Source: Candidatus Poribacteria bacterium (lineage in GTDB: Bacteria > Poribacteria > WGA-4E > PCPOR2b). Taken from it: a DNA stretch of 64,000 bases. Each line of letters begins with the position of its first letter. The first letter of the stretch is position 1. The notes beneath the pieces are model-generated. The model had not been told where the DNA came from and did no database searches. It was given only the letters and a program-made list of their open reading frames with translations. This document shows, one piece after another, positions 10,709 to 20,947 of this stretch. A program made the position numbers and the translations under genes. The stretch is from NCBI GenBank assembly GCA_965208675.1, contig OZ242351.1, positions 2,144,001-2,208,000 of the forward strand, read 5' to 3'.

Positions 10709-11293
10709 ATGTCTGAAACGGTTATTCGTAATGCAGAGATGCGGATGAAAAAAGCTGTAGAGTCCACGGCAAATAATTTTGCACGGGTACAGACAGGGCG
10801 AGCTTCCCCCTCGTTGTTGGACGGTGTGTTAGTCGAATATTACGGAACGAAGAATCCCATAAATCAGGTTGCAACCATCACAGCGCCCGAACCCCGTGTC
10901 ATTATGATCCAACCTTGGGATAAGACAGTTAGCAAGGAGATTGAAAAGGCGATTTCCCGATCGGATTTGGGGTTAAACCCGAATAGTGACGGCAATGTTA
11001 TCCGTATACAGGTTCCTGAACTGACAACGGAGCGGCGGAAGGAGTTGGCAAAATATGTCAGTAAGTTAGCTGAAGACGGCCGCATCGCAATTAGGAATAT
11101 TCGGCGTGATGCGAATGACGCCATTAAAAAGCTCGACAAATCGGACGCTTCATCAAAAGGCAGGAAGGGAAAAGAAAGAGGCGGGGAAAAGAGACAAGGC
11201 GACGATGATCCAGTGCAAAAGATAACGGACAAGTATATCGATCAGATAAGCCAGCTACTGAAATCGAAAGAAGTAGAACTCATGGAGTTGTAG
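10709..11293 (+). CDS. frr: Ribosome recycling factor
   Basis: TGRASPSLLD, LTTERRKEL, RNIRRDAN. Confidence 0.97.
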   Translation: MSETVIRNAEMRMKKAVESTANNFARVQTGRASPSLLDGVLVEYYGTKNPINQVATITAPEPRVIMIQPWDKTVSKEIEKAISRSDLGLNPNSDGNVIRIQVPELTTERRKELAKYVSKLAEDGRIAIRNIRRDANDAIKKLDKSDASSKGRKGKERGGEKRQGDDDPVQKITDKYIDQISQLLKSKEVELMEL

Positions 11294-11525
11294 ACATCTC
11301 GCCTTGAAGCTACCTTGATGTGTGCCGCCTACACCGATGAAAATCTGAATTTGATTTTTCTGTATAGGGATAATATCTCTCGTGTAAAACTGGAATCACT
11401 CAAACCTAAGATGTAACGTGCAAAGATAGGTCAGCCGGAATTTGTGCATGGGTGCATTTTCCGGTCGATTCGTTCTTTTTTGACCTCATGACTCAATTAT
11501 CCCATGGCTGTAACGTCCCTAACCG

Positions 11526-12347
11526 ATGTTCTGGAAGCGAGCAGTCAGTTGCGCTGTCCTTATCCCAATCGTCATCTTCGCTATTCAGTGGAGCGATCCC
11601 CGTCCATTTTTCGCTCTGGTAATCGGCGTAACAATCCTCATGCTGGTCGAATTCAGCCGATTATGCAAGTCAATCGGATTGACAGAGATTCGGATTGCCG
11701 TTGTTGCATCAGGACTCCTATTTTGTGCGTCAGCACTCATGGAGCGTCTTTCCGTTGAATTTGTTCTCGCCTTTACGCTTTTTTTAGCCTTTGCAGTCCA
11801 AATTCTTCATCGCCAAATTAACAGCGCATTCATGTCAGTAACGACCACCATAACGGGTGCGGTTTATATCGGCTGGATGTTTGGGTATCATCTGATATTG
11901 CTGCGAAAAATAAGCGATTCTACGGGCGAGTCGATTGGCAGCGAGTTGATTTTGTTTCTAGTTGTAGTTACTTGGAGCAGTGACACAGCCGCCTATGTCC
12001 TGGGAAGATGGTTTGGCAAACACAAATTGATACCACAAATCAGTCCTGGAAAAACGGTTGAAGGCACCATCGCCGGCTTGTGTATTGCGGCAATTGGCGG
12101 TCTTGTTATTTGGTTATTATTGCTTAAAGACACGTTCGGTCCTGTGCACGCATTAGGTCTTGGAATATTGCTTGGAATTGTGAGCCAAATTAGCGATTTA
12201 AGTGAGTCAATAATCAAACGCACCGCTGATGTCAAAGATTCAGGTACCCTGATTCCAGGGCATGGCGGACTCCTTGATCGATGTGACAGTTTGATTTTTT
12301 GTGCCCCAACCCTTTATTACTACTTTCAATTTGCCATTCACGCTTGA
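11526..12347 (+). CDS. cdsA: Phosphatidate cytidylyltransferase
   Basis: SDTAAY, ISPGKTVEG, KDSGTLIPGHGGLLDRCDS. Confidence 0.95.
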   Translation: MFWKRAVSCAVLIPIVIFAIQWSDPRPFFALVIGVTILMLVEFSRLCKSIGLTEIRIAVVASGLLFCASALMERLSVEFVLAFTLFLAFAVQILHRQINSAFMSVTTTITGAVYIGWMFGYHLILLRKISDSTGESIGSELILFLVVVTWSSDTAAYVLGRWFGKHKLIPQISPGKTVEGTIAGLCIAAIGGLVIWLLLLKDTFGPVHALGLGILLGIVSQISDLSESIIKRTADVKDSGTLIPGHGGLLDRCDSLIFCAPTLYYYFQFAIHA

Positions 12348-12361
12348 TTTGTAGGTTCGAT

Positions 12362-13540
12362 ATGAAACGCTTGGCGATTCTCGGTTCAACCGGGTCAATT
12401 GGGAAAAGTGCTCTCTCCGTCGCACAGGCCCATCCTGATGAGTTCGCAATTGCTGGACTTGCTGCGAATACTTCGGTTGACCTACTAGAACAGCAGATAC
12501 GCCAATTTCGTCCCAGACTTGCGGCATTAAACGATAGAGACACCGCTAATCAGCTTCGGGAACGCTTGAAGGACTTGAAATCGCTTGAAGTGCTTTCAGG
12601 TAGAGAAGGAGTTTTAGCGATAGCGAAGATGGAGGAAGTCGACTTGGTTATCGAGGCCATCGGAGGCAGCGCAGGATTGCTGCCGACGTTGGAAGCGATT
12701 CAATCTGGAAAGGACTTAGCGTTCGTCAACAAAGAAGTATTAGTCATGTGCGGTTCGTTGGTAATGAGCGCGGTCGAAGAGTATGGCGTCAATCTGTTGC
12801 CCGTCGATAGCGAAATTAGCGCGATCCTTCAGTGCCTTTCTGGTAGACTGAGCGACAATCTACAAGAACGTAACCAGATTAATCGCCTCATTTTAACAGC
12901 TTCCGGCGGCCCGTTCCGCGAAACACCTCTCAATCAACTCCATACCGTGACTCCTGAAGAAGCACTGAAACATCCCACCTGGAGCATGGGGAACAAAATT
13001 ACGATTGACTCCGCAACGATGATGAACAAAGGACTGGAAGTCATCGAAGCGAGATGGTTGTTTCAAATAGAACCGTCACAGATTGATGTGATAATTCAGC
13101 CGGAAAGTATCATCCATTCGATGGTCGAATTTGTGGATGGCTCCTGCCTAGCTCAACTGGGTGTCGCCGATATGCGGGTTCCGATTCAATACGCTTTAAC
13201 TTATCCCCGCCATCTGCCGAGCCCTGCTTCGCATCTTAACCTTACTCAAATTCGCACGCTACACTTCGAACCTGTTGATTTTGAGAAGTTTCCCTGCCTG
13301 TCGCATGCGTATACCGCGACCGAGGTTGGCGGGACATTGCCCACCGTTCTTAGCAGCGCCGATGAGGTTGCGGTCAGTGCTTTTCTAAATAAGCACATCG
13401 GGTTTATGGACATACCGATGATTATTGAAAAGGTCATGAATCAACATGACGTCAAACTTCAACCGACCCTCAATGATATTCTAGCCGCCGATCGGTGGGC
13501 AAAATCCACCTCCCATCAGTTAATCCAGAGCCTGTATTAA
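12362..13540 (+). CDS. dxr: 1-deoxy-D-xylulose-5-phosphate reductoisomerase
   Basis: ILGSTGSIG, LPVDSE, LTASGGPF, HPTWSMGNKITIDSATMMNKGLE. Confidence 0.97.
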   Translation: MKRLAILGSTGSIGKSALSVAQAHPDEFAIAGLAANTSVDLLEQQIRQFRPRLAALNDRDTANQLRERLKDLKSLEVLSGREGVLAIAKMEEVDLVIEAIGGSAGLLPTLEAIQSGKDLAFVNKEVLVMCGSLVMSAVEEYGVNLLPVDSEISAILQCLSGRLSDNLQERNQINRLILTASGGPFRETPLNQLHTVTPEEALKHPTWSMGNKITIDSATMMNKGLEVIEARWLFQIEPSQIDVIIQPESIIHSMVEFVDGSCLAQLGVADMRVPIQYALTYPRHLPSPASHLNLTQIRTLHFEPVDFEKFPCLSHAYTATEVGGTLPTVLSSADEVAVSAFLNKHIGFMDIPMIIEKVMNQHDVKLQPTLNDILAADRWAKSTSHQLIQSLY

Positions 13541-13583
13541 GTTCTGTTTTCGATAGCGTGCAGGCTTTGAGACAGCGATTAAA

Positions 13584-16500
13584 TCATTCGCCGCTGCTAC
13601 CGGTGCCAGTACGGCGAGGAATGCCCTGTGATTTCATGTAGGATGTGATAGATGCGATTTGCTGCTGAGCTCGCCTTAACACCTTGTTGACCTGCGGACT
13701 AACCGGAGGTTCTGTTTCGTATTTTTTCCAGAGCTTGTCAAACCAATCGAGTGCATCGTTGTAATAGTTATCGTCTTGGTCAGCCAACACCATGTAAGCT
13801 TCTCCGATTTGGGCAAGTGAGAGATCTCCGTATTTGGTGTTGGGATAAGCATTGATGATATCGTTGAATTCAGCAATTACTTTTTCAAGCGCCGGTTTTT
13901 GGGCTTCACCACGTGTCCGCTTTGCTTTATCAAAATTATCACTCGTTTGAATATAGAATGAACTTGCGAGCGCGGTTTGCGTTTCCACCAGATATCCAGA
14001 AGCAGTATTTTTGGAATCCTGATCGATACCCGGCACATCCAATGCCCGCCGGTATTGCTCGACAGCCAAGTCATAGAGGCGGATGCGCTCGGCATTTTCA
14101 ATTTCTGGGACCGAACCTTGGTTAAAATAATCGTTTCCGAGGTTGATGAACGCTTGAGCAGCGTAGGGGGTATCCGGGTAGTTCTTTGCGAGAATCTCGT
14201 TTATATCGAAGATTTTCGCGTTCCATTTTTCCTTCATTTCCGCGTCGTCCCCCGCGTCGTCAGCCAAACGTGAATAACTTGCGGATATCGCGTTAAGCGA
14301 TTCCGCTGCTTTTTCATGCTGCGAATTCAAGCCGCGGACTATTCCATACTCATCAATTGCCTTCAGGAACTTCTGAGCGGCGAAGTAAGATTCTCCCGCC
14401 TGATACTGCCACAATGGTGCATCCTCTGCATTTGGGAAGCGGCGAACCAGTTCTTTGAATGAAGGCACGGCTCGTTCAAAATAGGCTATGGTTTGATCGG
14501 AATATTCAGCATCAAGTCCGAGTTGAATTCGACCGAGTTCAAAATAGGCGGATCCAATGTATGTCAATGCAGTCATGATATTGTCCGTCAATTCATTCGA
14601 GGCTGGAAAGATCCCTTTATCGACATAGTCCATGAAAAGCGTCAACGCATCGGTTGCCGTTTCAAGATCTACTTTTGGCTCCTCCGTCAGCTTAATCTGA
14701 GAACCAATCGAATATGAAATCTGACCTGCTTGGAATAACGCATTTTGAACAAACGGAATCACGGACTTCTCAGCATTTTCAATCGGAGCAACGATTTCAT
14801 GCACTTTCAAGTAAGTCGCAGCAGCCTCTCGGCTTCCAAGGATGTACGGCCTCATATCGGCGCCCACTTGATCTGAAAAGAGCTGATACGCCCTGTCGAA
14901 ATATAGGAAACCAAGATTATACTGGGCGGAAACTTTCTGCGGTACCGTTTGGGCAGCCTGCCGCGCCATCTCAGCCTGAGCGATTGCCTCGTCTAATCGA
15001 CCTAATTTCACATATAGGTCGGATTTACGTATTCCCGAGTCTGCCACCATTGCTTGAATGTTTTTGTCGGATTCACTGGCAAAATCGGTCGTAACGACCT
15101 CATATGCCTGCAATGCGTTTTCAAGCTCTTGTAGCTTTGTTTCATAAATCAACCCTGAACGATAATACGATTGTGCTTTAACGAGTGCATCGCCTACCAA
15201 TTGAACGGCGTTTTGGTAGTTGAGCAAAGCTTCACTATACTGTTGCAGATGCGCGTCTTGCGCATAAGCCATTGCGAAATAAGAGCGCCCCTTGCGGTCA
15301 GCATCATCTGTATTTTGGATAACATGCTGATATTCTTCGACAGCGGCAGCATGATTTCCGACAGACGTATTCAATTCCGCAAGCCGAGTATGAGCTTGAT
15401 GGATTAAACTCTGGCGCGCCTCATCTTCAGTTTGTCCTTCATACGCGGTTGTTTTCTGGAAGGCTTCGATTGCCCCCATCGAATCATCTAAACCAAATCT
15501 AGCAAGCCCCAAAGTGTAGTAAGCACTAATCATAGCATCAACGCCGGGATTAGTCTCGATTGCTTGCATAGCATAGTTGGCAGAATTTTGGAATGACAAT
15601 TTTTTGGTGCCATCGTCCGAAGCGTCTTGCCCTAACTGATAATAACATACTGCGATTTGGTACAACGCATTTTTCATAAGTTCATTGCCGGGAAACATCT
15701 CTACGAACATTTGGTATTCGGCAATGGCTTTTTCAAACTCCTTAGCGCCGTAAAGCGAATGTCCAACTTTTAACTGTGCCCGTGAGCGAGCGTCTTCGGG
15801 GGCTGCCGTATTATTTGCAATGCGCTTGAGACTTGCGAGGTGTGCAGCCATATCCTCTTCGGTATCAATACCCTGCTGTTCGATTGCAGTGGCTTTTACG
15901 AGGTCAATATGACCTAGCGTCTTTCTGACCTTTTCATCGTCGCTATTCCCGTATTTTGCTGCGGCGAGATCGGCGACTTCAAGAACATTTGGCCACTGAG
16001 AGGCATCACCCTGTTTAGCCAAATCACGATAGGCGAGGACAAGGCCATAGTAACCCTCAATAGCATTTGGGCTGTCACCGTATTGCTCAATGACTTTTTG
16101 GAATGCAGCAACGGATTTTTCTAGTAAGGCTGAATCGTCGTCCGCCGCTTTGTAGTAACAAAGCCCAATTAGGTATTGCGCGTCATCTGCATATTCACCC
16201 TTTGGGTTTCTTGCAACAATACTTTCGTATTGAACAGCGGCTTCAGCGAATCGTCCCTCGGAACGCAGTAGGTCTGCCAGCTTAATCTCTGCTAGTGAGC
16301 GGTTATCCGGGCTCAACGAGTCAAGGATTGATTGGTATGCTGCCACAGCTTGCGACGGGTTACCTTCCCTAACGTGGCTTTGTGCGATTAACAACTGTGC
16401 CCGCTCGAAATTTTCACTACCGGAAGGAATGGATGCGTAAAGTGCACGCGCATCGTCCCACTGATCGAGTTTTTCATGCGCAAGTGCTTGGTTCATTTTG

Positions 16501-18263
16501 CAAGCCTCGACCTGCTGGGGCCGTTCTGTAAAGTCGTCATAGCGGCCGTCTTCTACACCACCGACAAACGCATCGTCTTTGAACTTATCTATTGCTTCTT
16601 GATAGGCGACGATTGATTGCTGTAGCAGTGATTCATTGAACACAGCTTCAGAATCTCCTTCACGGTAATCTGCCGGTTTGCTGGCTTCGTAGTAGGCCCG
16701 CCCTTCCTGAAATTTTCCGATTAGCTTAATCGTGTGAAATTTCGGCAGTTCCGGATATGCCCAAAGTTTTGCGTATTCTGCAGCCGCTTCCGCGTACTGT
16801 TTGAAGTCGTTAAATTTCATTTCAGCGAATTTAAGCTGAACTTCCGCTGCGAGAATATCGAACTCCGGATCGGCACGGTGTTTATCTATAAATTCGCGCG
16901 CTACCCTTTCGAGTTCATCCTTTCGTCCGAGATCGTTCAACGCCCAAATTGCGCCGTAAAGGGCATGAGGGGCAACCGGATCTGTCGGAAATTCATCAAT
17001 CGCCGTTTGATACCACTGCAGAGCCGTTTCAAAGTATCCTACCGCTTGATCGTTCTGACCGGAGAGTTTCAGATTAGTTGCCAATTTATAGTGGGATTCG
17101 CCCATTTGATAAGTAACATAGGGCTTAAAGTCGGTATGATCCGGGTGTTCATCAAGGACGCGCTGGTATGCCGCGACAGCTTCATTCCAGTCTTGCAACT
17201 TGAAGTAGCTATCCGCGATTCCCAATTTTCCTTCAGCGACGAAGTTGCTTTCAGGATACTCTTCCAGCAGCTTATTATAAGATACAATAGCGTTTGGATA
17301 ATCTTCTTGATCGTAATACGTGCGGCCGATCGTTGCCTGAATTTCAGCCTGAAGATCGCGGTCTTCCGTGTTTTGCAGGGCGAGTTCATAGTTGACTCGG
17401 GCGTTGTCATAGTCTCTCTGTTTCGCGTAAATTGTACCCATATCGAAGTATGCCGCAGTGACGTATTGGCTATCGGGGAATTTCGTAATGAATGTTGAGT
17501 AGCGCCCAATTGCTTCTTCATCACGGGCAAGTTGGTTCAAACAGAAAGCCGCTTTATACATCGCTTCTGCTTGCAACTCCGGGTAATTTTTAAATTCTTC
17601 AGTGGCCAGCTTGTCGAATTCCTGATAAGATTGCTCGTAGTTTTTTTCATTGAGAAAAGATTGAGCAATCAGATGCTGCGCGTCATCTTTGAAATCCGAG
17701 TTTGGAAACCCGTCGAGTACCTCCTTAAAGGCATGGCGGGATTCTTCATACTTTTGCAGCTTATAGTTGAGTTGGCCGATTGCGTACCAGGCGTTTTCAA
17801 CGAACAGGCTATTTGGGAAGGTTTCGATTAACGCTTGAAATTTGGGTTCTGACAGCTCGAATTTTTCTTGCTTGTAGAGAATATGCCCCCAGAGGTAAGT
17901 TATCCCCTCTTGGTGTTTGGGCACGCTCGCGTCTACGGCAACTTTTTCAATATACTGAACCGCAGTGTCATAGTAGTTAACATCTCCCGATTGTTCCGCC
18001 CATTTTGAATAGCTGACCGCAATCTTGTAATGTGCGAGTGTGTGGAAATCCTTATCAATGACTTCCGTCTTAACGCCCCATTTTGTTGATTCTTCAAGGG
18101 CTAGGTTATATCCTTCGATGGCTCGTTCATAATCAGCTTGGCTAAAGTGTTCCTCTGCATCGTTATATAACCGTTCGACCTTCTTGGAACTGCCGGAAGG
18201 CCAAAACAGAACAGCGAGTAACGCAACTCCGCCAAGAATTCCTAGTGTTTTCGGGTTCATCAC
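13584..18263 (-). CDS. Giant membrane-anchored TPR protein (BamD/YbgF-like repeats)
   Basis: N-terminal hydrophobic anchor, then dozens of TPRs ending in FPNS/YPES/FPDS; acidic. Confidence 0.85.
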   Translation of the reverse strand: MMNPKTLGILGGVALLAVLFWPSGSSKKVERLYNDAEEHFSQADYERAIEGYNLALEESTKWGVKTEVIDKDFHTLAHYKIAVSYSKWAEQSGDVNYYDTAVQYIEKVAVDASVPKHQEGITYLWGHILYKQEKFELSEPKFQALIETFPNSLFVENAWYAIGQLNYKLQKYEESRHAFKEVLDGFPNSDFKDDAQHLIAQSFLNEKNYEQSYQEFDKLATEEFKNYPELQAEAMYKAAFCLNQLARDEEAIGRYSTFITKFPDSQYVTAAYFDMGTIYAKQRDYDNARVNYELALQNTEDRDLQAEIQATIGRTYYDQEDYPNAIVSYNKLLEEYPESNFVAEGKLGIADSYFKLQDWNEAVAAYQRVLDEHPDHTDFKPYVTYQMGESHYKLATNLKLSGQNDQAVGYFETALQWYQTAIDEFPTDPVAPHALYGAIWALNDLGRKDELERVAREFIDKHRADPEFDILAAEVQLKFAEMKFNDFKQYAEAAAEYAKLWAYPELPKFHTIKLIGKFQEGRAYYEASKPADYREGDSEAVFNESLLQQSIVAYQEAIDKFKDDAFVGGVEDGRYDDFTERPQQVEACKMNQALAHEKLDQWDDARALYASIPSGSENFERAQLLIAQSHVREGNPSQAVAAYQSILDSLSPDNRSLAEIKLADLLRSEGRFAEAAVQYESIVARNPKGEYADDAQYLIGLCYYKAADDDSALLEKSVAAFQKVIEQYGDSPNAIEGYYGLVLAYRDLAKQGDASQWPNVLEVADLAAAKYGNSDDEKVRKTLGHIDLVKATAIEQQGIDTEEDMAAHLASLKRIANNTAAPEDARSRAQLKVGHSLYGAKEFEKAIAEYQMFVEMFPGNELMKNALYQIAVCYYQLGQDASDDGTKKLSFQNSANYAMQAIETNPGVDAMISAYYTLGLARFGLDDSMGAIEAFQKTTAYEGQTEDEARQSLIHQAHTRLAELNTSVGNHAAAVEEYQHVIQNTDDADRKGRSYFAMAYAQDAHLQQYSEALLNYQNAVQLVGDALVKAQSYYRSGLIYETKLQELENALQAYEVVTTDFASESDKNIQAMVADSGIRKSDLYVKLGRLDEAIAQAEMARQAAQTVPQKVSAQYNLGFLYFDRAYQLFSDQVGADMRPYILGSREAAATYLKVHEIVAPIENAEKSVIPFVQNALFQAGQISYSIGSQIKLTEEPKVDLETATDALTLFMDYVDKGIFPASNELTDNIMTALTYIGSAYFELGRIQLGLDAEYSDQTIAYFERAVPSFKELVRRFPNAEDAPLWQYQAGESYFAAQKFLKAIDEYGIVRGLNSQHEKAAESLNAISASYSRLADDAGDDAEMKEKWNAKIFDINEILAKNYPDTPYAAQAFINLGNDYFNQGSVPEIENAERIRLYDLAVEQYRRALDVPGIDQDSKNTASGYLVETQTALASSFYIQTSDNFDKAKRTRGEAQKPALEKVIAEFNDIINAYPNTKYGDLSLAQIGEAYMVLADQDDNYYNDALDWFDKLWKKYETEPPVSPQVNKVLRRAQQQIASITSYMKSQGIPRRTGTGSSGE

Positions 18264-18352
18264 AATCTCCTTGTAAGTTTTGAGTTAAGCATAAGGTATT
18301 TAGAGGCGTTATCATCTAACACCTCGTAGCTTCAGCTAAAGTTTTTGCAGAA

Positions 18353-19291
18353 TTACAAAATTTTCGCGAGCGACAGGTCTGCCAATGTAACTTCCGCCAA
18401 TACTCCACTCGTAAAGCTGCTCGACCGGTTATCTTTCCTTTCAAATCGATACGAAATGTTTATCACCGCCCGTAAGGGTTGCGAATAATCTTCCCTAGAG
18501 AGGTAAGGTTCCGGGGTTGATAACTGAGCGAAAACCAATGAATGTGAAGATGAATCATGAGTTATTATCTCACTTAGCCCCTCGCCATCACTTCCTGAAG
18601 TAGGAGGGTTCCCATTCCAATCCAAGTATCCTGTAGTCAGATCAGTAAGATTGGATTGCATGAGTGTTTTATGAACAAACTGATTGGGTGAAGATGGGGG
18701 TATTTTCGCAATTTTTTTAAGATTGTCCCTAACAAGATTATGGTCCATTTCAACATGGGTGTGATAACTCAGTGACGCATTTAAAAACTGCGGCGCACCA
18801 GTAGGATAAAGCTGTTCTTTGCGACTTGTTTGAAATCCTTGGTACACCAATAGCGTCGTGAGCATAACGAGAAAGATGACCGCATAAGCGGGCGACAATC
18901 TCGCCCATCGCCAACTCCGCTGAATGGGGTGTCGAAATAGCGAATTCAGAAAGAAACTACATCGGTCAAAAATTCTTCGACTGCCAGATACAAATGACAA
19001 CGACCTAACTAAACTTCTCCACCATGTTGGCCGCGGATTTTCCTCTATCGTACTCTGGAGTTGTTGCCAAAACAAGCTGTCATAGCCCTCGGGGGGAGTC
19101 GGTCGAACGTAATAATAGAGTAAGGCCTTCGTATTTCTTAAGGACTTCACTTCGTTCCGACAGCCGCGGCAAATTCCAAGGTGTTGCGCAATGGTGACAG
19201 TTTGACCCCTAGAGAGTGTACAGTCTATGTAGTCAGATAAGTAACGCTGAATGGATCGGCATTGAGGTTTCATGATTACCTCATTGTTCAA
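18353..19291 (-). CDS. Zinc-binding anti-sigma factor (zf-HC2) with TM helix
   Basis: HLGICRGC (HxxxCxxC), one TM segment, directly downstream of the ECF sigma gene. Confidence 0.8.
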   Translation of the reverse strand: MNNEVIMKPQCRSIQRYLSDYIDCTLSRGQTVTIAQHLGICRGCRNEVKSLRNTKALLYYYVRPTPPEGYDSLFWQQLQSTIEENPRPTWWRSLVRSLSFVSGSRRIFDRCSFFLNSLFRHPIQRSWRWARLSPAYAVIFLVMLTTLLVYQGFQTSRKEQLYPTGAPQFLNASLSYHTHVEMDHNLVRDNLKKIAKIPPSSPNQFVHKTLMQSNLTDLTTGYLDWNGNPPTSGSDGEGLSEIITHDSSSHSLVFAQLSTPEPYLSREDYSQPLRAVINISYRFERKDNRSSSFTSGVLAEVTLADLSLAKIL

Positions 19292-19315
19292 TGAAACAAG
19301 GTACAGCCTTAAATC

Positions 19316-19906
19316 TTACGGAGAGAGATTAGTCAATTCCACATAAGGTTTCAACCGCTCCCTGAGTCTTTTTCTGGCGTAGTGCAAACGAGATCGTACA
19401 GTCCCCTCAGAACAGTTGAGAATTGACGCAATTTTGGGATGCGTTAATCCTTCAAACTCGTGCAAAATTACAACCATTCGATGCTTCATTGGCAAGCTAT
19501 TTACTGCCTGAGTAACCTGTCTTTGTAGTTCTTTCCTTTCAACACTCAAATGAGGGTTATTCCTTAAATTGGATGCGCGCTTCAGTTCTGAACGAATGTG
19601 AGTTTCGGTTGTTCCAGAGAGTGGGGCTTCACGACGGCGTTCCCGGCGTTTGACAAGGTTTATTGCCTGATTGACAACAATGCGATAAAGCCAAGTCTCA
19701 AAGGCAGACTCTTTCCGAAAGCTATGAATTGATTCATAAACTTTCAAAAACGTATCTTGCATGACATCGTTAGCATCTTCATGATTCTTAGTAATTTGGA
19801 AAGCTAGACGGTAGACAAGCCTTGTGTATTTCTCGACAATAATCGCTAATGCCGTCATATCTCCTGCACGGAGATTTTCGATAAGCAAAACTTCGGTACG
19901 TTCCAC
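19316..19906 (-). CDS. ECF RNA polymerase sigma factor
   Basis: DANDVMQDTF, FETWLYRI, region 4 IASILNCSEGTVRSRLHYAR. Confidence 0.95.
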   Translation of the reverse strand: MERTEVLLIENLRAGDMTALAIIVEKYTRLVYRLAFQITKNHEDANDVMQDTFLKVYESIHSFRKESAFETWLYRIVVNQAINLVKRRERRREAPLSGTTETHIRSELKRASNLRNNPHLSVERKELQRQVTQAVNSLPMKHRMVVILHEFEGLTHPKIASILNCSEGTVRSRLHYARKRLRERLKPYVELTNLSP

Positions 19907-19944
19907 TGGGCATTATCTCCCTGATTTCCCGCTTTCAATTTACA

Positions 19945-19973
19945 TTAGACAAAGAAGGCTCAAAAACCGTTCA
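19945..19973 (-). promoter_or_regulatory. Candidate autoregulatory ECF promoter
   Basis: TGAAC...GTCTAA with RpoE/AlgU-like spacing, about 40 nt upstream of the sigma start codon. Confidence 0.4.
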
Positions 19974-20005
19974 AAAATTTTTCGATGTTTTCTGATGCCC
20001 ATTAA

Positions 20006-20892
20006 GAGCCTGTTTGAAAAAGAAAAAAGATGTCTGAACGGTTGATGTTTACGTTTACTCACTGGAGCAGTTGATTCCGAACCAATGAAGGGAGTAAACA
20101 TGAACCGAAAACGTTATCCTAGTGATTTGACCGATGTACAATGGCAGAAACTGTCAGCGTTTCTGCCAACCCCTCAACCATTAGGTAGACCTCTAAAATG
20201 GGAGATGTACTTAATTGTCAATGCCATCTTTTATGTCGTCAAGTCCGGTTGCCAGTGGCGAATGCTACCATACGATATGCCGCCGTGGCAAACCGTCTAT
20301 TACCATTTTAGGAAGTGGGAAGCCGACAATACATGGCTCTTGATTCATCAGGCACTTCACGAACAATCACGCTGTGATGGTGGCAAAGAACCATCACCGA
20401 CAGCAGCTATCATTGACAGCCAATCCATTAAGACAACTGAACTGGCGACGACTCGCGGTTTTGATGGTCACAAGAAGGTCAAAGGACGCAAACGACATCT
20501 AGTAACGGATACGACGGGTATTCCATTGATGGTCAAAGTCACTGACGCGAATGTCAGTGATAATCAGATTGCTATCGAGTTACTAACAGAAGTGTTTAGC
20601 TGGTACATAACCATTCAGTTGGTGTGTGCCGATGCCGCCTATCGTGGAGAATTGGAAGACTGGTTATATTTTGCTCATCAATGTCAACTGGAGATTGCAT
20701 CTACGCTAGGACAGCAGAAGTTTGAAGTTATCCCGTTACGATGGATTGTTGAGCGCACATTTTCTTGGCTTGGTTGGTTTCGTCGATTGACTTTGGATTA
20801 TGAACGCTATCCTAGGACTGCTGAGACTATGGTGTACATCGCTTCCATTTACTTAATGCAAAATCGAATCAAATGACTTTTCAAACAGGCTC
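20006..20892 (+). mobile_element. IS5-family insertion sequence (IS1031-like group), 887 bp, intact
   Basis: Perfect 15-bp terminal inverted repeats GAGCCTGTTTGAAAA; TAA target duplication at 20003-20005 and 20893-20895. Confidence 0.92.
20100..20876 (+). CDS. IS5-family DDE transposase
   Basis: RYPSDLTD, SGCQWRMLP, IIDSQSIK, GRKRH, ADAAY, RWIVERTFSW. Confidence 0.93.
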   Translation: MNRKRYPSDLTDVQWQKLSAFLPTPQPLGRPLKWEMYLIVNAIFYVVKSGCQWRMLPYDMPPWQTVYYHFRKWEADNTWLLIHQALHEQSRCDGGKEPSPTAAIIDSQSIKTTELATTRGFDGHKKVKGRKRHLVTDTTGIPLMVKVTDANVSDNQIAIELLTEVFSWYITIQLVCADAAYRGELEDWLYFAHQCQLEIASTLGQQKFEVIPLRWIVERTFSWLGWFRRLTLDYERYPRTAETMVYIASIYLMQNRIK

Positions 20893-20947
20893 TAAGCAGC
20901 CCAATTCCATTGTCGGGATAAAAGAAAATTAGCGAAACGCCGCCGTG

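Noticed and set aside
16734-17530. Long antisense or alternate-frame ORFs inside the giant TPR gene (254 aa, 153 aa), and similar shadows inside alaS, the HEAT gene, the M16 peptidase and others
   Set aside because: They fully overlap well-supported genes and have no motifs; they are codon-bias shadows.
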